From Octopus vulgaris (lineage: Eukaryota): a stretch of 12,937 nt of DNA. Position 1 is the first letter of the stretch; each line of letters opens with the position of its first letter. The DNA lies in contig CATOCA020000052.1 in assembly GCA_951406725.2 (NCBI GenBank), positions 1 through 12,937 of the forward strand. Reading direction: 5' to 3'. Position numbers and translations under genes: made by a program. The notes beneath the pieces were generated by a model. The model worked only from the letters and a program-made list of their open reading frames with translations. It had not been told where the DNA came from and did no database searches. Positions 9,614 to 12,937 of this stretch are shown one piece after another.

Positions 9614-12477
9614 ACAGAAACGCATCTTGAACCCGATATAGGTGATGCAGAAATACACATGCCGCAATATGCAGTCATACGCACAGATAGAAAAGGGAGG
9701 AGCCATGGTGGAGTTGCAATGTACATCCGAGATGACCTCACGCCCCAGGTCCTGCTGTCGTATTCAAACTCAGTGTGTGAAACTCAAATTGTACACATAA
9801 GACAACTGAATATCGTCATATGCACTACATATCGCCCACCAGACGCCCCAAAACACTCAGGCATGTTTGAAGACTGCCTAACAAAAATAGGAGAAGTCCT
9901 CACCAACCTTGAACAGCACAACAGTGTATTCTTCATGGGTGACTTTAACCTCCCCAATGTGGAATGGCCTGAGGGGCAGATGCTCCCAGGGATGACACAC
10001 CATCAGCAGGCACAGGTGGAGTCCCTGCTCCATCTCACAAATACCTCTTTCATGGAGCAAATAGTTCTGCAACCAACAAGGGCAGATAATATACTGGATC
10101 TCTGCTTTACAAACAATATGGATATTATCCATAATGTTAATGTGATGCCGACAATGATCTCGGATCACAACATAATAGAGCTGTCTATGTATGGAACAAA
10201 AGCCCCCGCAGACACACAGCCTATACGAAGCACCCACCATCTCTCCAACTTAAACTTTCATAAAGCCAACTGGAAGTCGATTGAGAAAGAGATCCTCAAA
10301 CAGGATTGGCCTGAATGTCTCTCCACACCGGACATAAACATGAAACACAAACACTTCATGTCCATAATACAAGCCATATGTGACAAATATGTCCCAATGT
10401 GCAGGGCCAGCACACACAAGAATAAAAACAGGATCCCTAGAGAAAGGAGGATTCTTATGAGACGACGGACAAGGATTGCAAACCGCCTGAGCAAGCACAC
10501 CAAAAGTGGTGAGAAGTCTCGGCTCGAAAGAATGCTAATGGAAACTGAGAAAAGTCTACATCAGTCCCATGAAAAGGAGAGAGCAGATAAAGAAGCTTGG
10601 GTAATAGAAAATATAAAATCAAACCCTAAAGCTTTCTTTAAGTTTGCCAAAGAGACAGCCACAGTGCACCAGAGAATAGGACCTCTCTTCCAAAAAGATG
10701 GCTCTCTCACAGGAAATCCCACGAGGATAAGTGAAATACTGAACGAACAGTTCCAAAGTGTATTCACTACACCTCTAGGACACAGGCAAGTAAACAACCC
10801 AGAAGAATTCTTTGCCACTTTACCAGCGGCCAAAGAGACAAAAATTGAGTACATCAACATCGAAGAAGATGATATCACACTAGCCATTGATGAGATTGAC
10901 ACAAACTCAGCTGCTGGACCTGATGGATTCCCAGCGATCCTTCTCAAATCGTGCAAACGAGCCCTTGCAAAACCGCTACAGCTTCTTTTTCAGAGCTTTC
11001 TTGCAAGTGGTAAGCTCCCAGTCAAACTGAAAGAGGGGGTAATATGCCCTATCCATAAGGGAGGTAGCAGAGCAGATGCTAAAAATTATAGGCCTATCTC
11101 TCTGACCTCACACATCAGCAAAGTCATGGAACGAATAGTCCGTAAGAAACTAATCATGTTCCTTGAAGAAAATGACTTACTGTCTGACACCCAGCATGGA
11201 TTTCGACCAGGTAGAGGCTGCCTAACACAGCTCCTGCAACACTATGACTGGGTGTTGAAACAGCTACTAAATGGCTCAAATGTGGATGTAATATATCTTG
11301 ACTTTGCAAAAGCCTTTGATAAAGTCGACCATGGTATGATCTGTCACAAACTGCGTGGTCTCGGCATAGGCGGGAAACTTGGAGAGTGGCTGCACAACTT
11401 CCTAAAAGACAGAAAACAGGCAGTTGTGAGCAATGGAGCCACCTCCAGGGAAACGCAAATAACAAGCGGTGTCCCACAGGGCACTGTCTTGGGGCCACTG
11501 ATGTTCATAGTGGCCCTTTCAGACATGCCTTCAGTTGCTACGATGACCACCCTTGCTAGCTATGCAGATGACACAAAGGTCTCCCACGCAATACAGAACC
11601 CTGAAAATATTGCGCATCTGCAACATGAGCTGGACACAATATACAGGTGGGCTGAGGACAACAACATGCAGTTTAATGCAGGTAAGTTCCAGGCCCTGCG
11701 CTACTGGCACACAAAGGTAAATGACGTGAAGACTGGATACACTGGCCCAGGAAGAATTGCAATCCCTGAGTCAAAATCAGTGCGTGACCTGGGCATTGAC
11801 ATGAGCAATGATGCATCTTTCCAAATGCATATTGCTAATCTGGTGATAAAATGCAGACGGCTAGCTGGATGGATTCTCCGAACTTTCAGAACAAGAGAGA
11901 AGGAGACACTGATGGTCCTATGGAAAACATTTGTCCTCAGCCGCTTGGACTACTGCTCCCAACTTTGGTCACCACACAATATAAAACAAACAGCAGAACT
12001 CGAAGCAACTCAGAGAAGCTACACAAAGAAAATCGTCTCAATGCAAAATGTCAGCTACTGGGAAAGACTGAAGGTATTAAACCTCTTCTCCCTGGAGCGG
12101 AGGCGGGAGAGATATGCAGTAATATACATCTGGAAAATCCTGGAGGGTCTTGTCCCAAACTTTGGCATTCAAAGTTACTCCAACCGCAGAACGGGCGCCG
12201 CTGCGTGGTGCCAAGGATTCCAACATCACCATCAAAATACAGGTCCAGATACTGCAACAGCTTGGGTTTCAGAGGACCACAGCTTTTCAACATCCTCCCT
12301 AAATGCCTGAGAGACTTACATGGTGTGGATGTGGGTTTCTTTAAAACTAAACTGGATCTCTTCTTGTTGGGAGTCCCAGATGAACCTACCTCACGACAGG
12401 AGACACGGATGCGGGCAGCAGCATCGAACTCCCTTCTTGATCAAGTGCCACGTATCAGAGGTGGATTCACAAACTAG
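9614..12477 (+). pseudogene. LINE ORF2 (apurinic-type endonuclease + reverse transcriptase), N-terminally truncated, frameshift at ~12193-12195
   Basis: APE motifs: ETH, DRxGRxxGGV, YRPP, GDFNLP, PTR..NILDL, SDH. RT motifs: YRPISLTS, QHGFR, YLDFAKAFDKVDH, GVPQGTVLGP, YADD, RDLG, RLDYCSQLWSP. The C-terminus continues in the 11851..12477 frame (GRRCVVP...RGPQLFNILP...FKTKLDLFL..VPDEP...SNSL). Confidence 0.93.
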
Positions 12478-12554
12478 TGTGGCTCATTCAGCGGTGGTGC
12501 CCCAGCATGGCCGCGGCCTTCGGGCTAAAACATTTTTAAGGATTTAAGGATTTA
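9614..12554 (+). mobile_element. 5'-truncated CR1-group non-LTR retrotransposon (LINE)
   Basis: APE+RT ORF2, no C-terminal CCHC finger, ~77-nt 3'UTR with hairpins, ending in (TTTAAGGA)x2.5 at 12535-12554. There is an abrupt composition change from satellite on both sides. Confidence 0.93.

Positions 12555-12937
<383 letters not shown>

Noticed and set aside
9878-12293. Antisense ORFs inside the LINE
   Set aside because: Shadow ORFs of the higher-GC ORF2, with no recognisable motifs.

Overview
AT-rich, microsatellite-dense eukaryotic (animal) non-coding DNA. The SINE and LINE families look cephalopod/Octopus-like, but this rests on pattern recall, not a database search. The main feature is a young, 5'-truncated CR1-group non-LTR retrotransposon (~9614-12554, +). 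It has APE endonuclease and RT domains, one frameshift near 12194, a short 3'UTR and an 8-bp repeat tail, and it sits inside a compound (TA)n minisatellite with a recurring 23-nt unit. Also present are two RTE-type LINE remnants (~95-500 +, 7192-7542 -), a near full-length tRNA-derived SINE (7672-8040 +) whose 3' end matches the CR1 3'UTR in sequence and two-hairpin structure, a degenerate minus-strand SINE, a 70-bp inverted repeat overlapping a possible MITE, and a ~190-bp dispersed repeat present twice. No host gene can be firmly supported. The long poly-(IY) ORFs are microsatellite artefacts.
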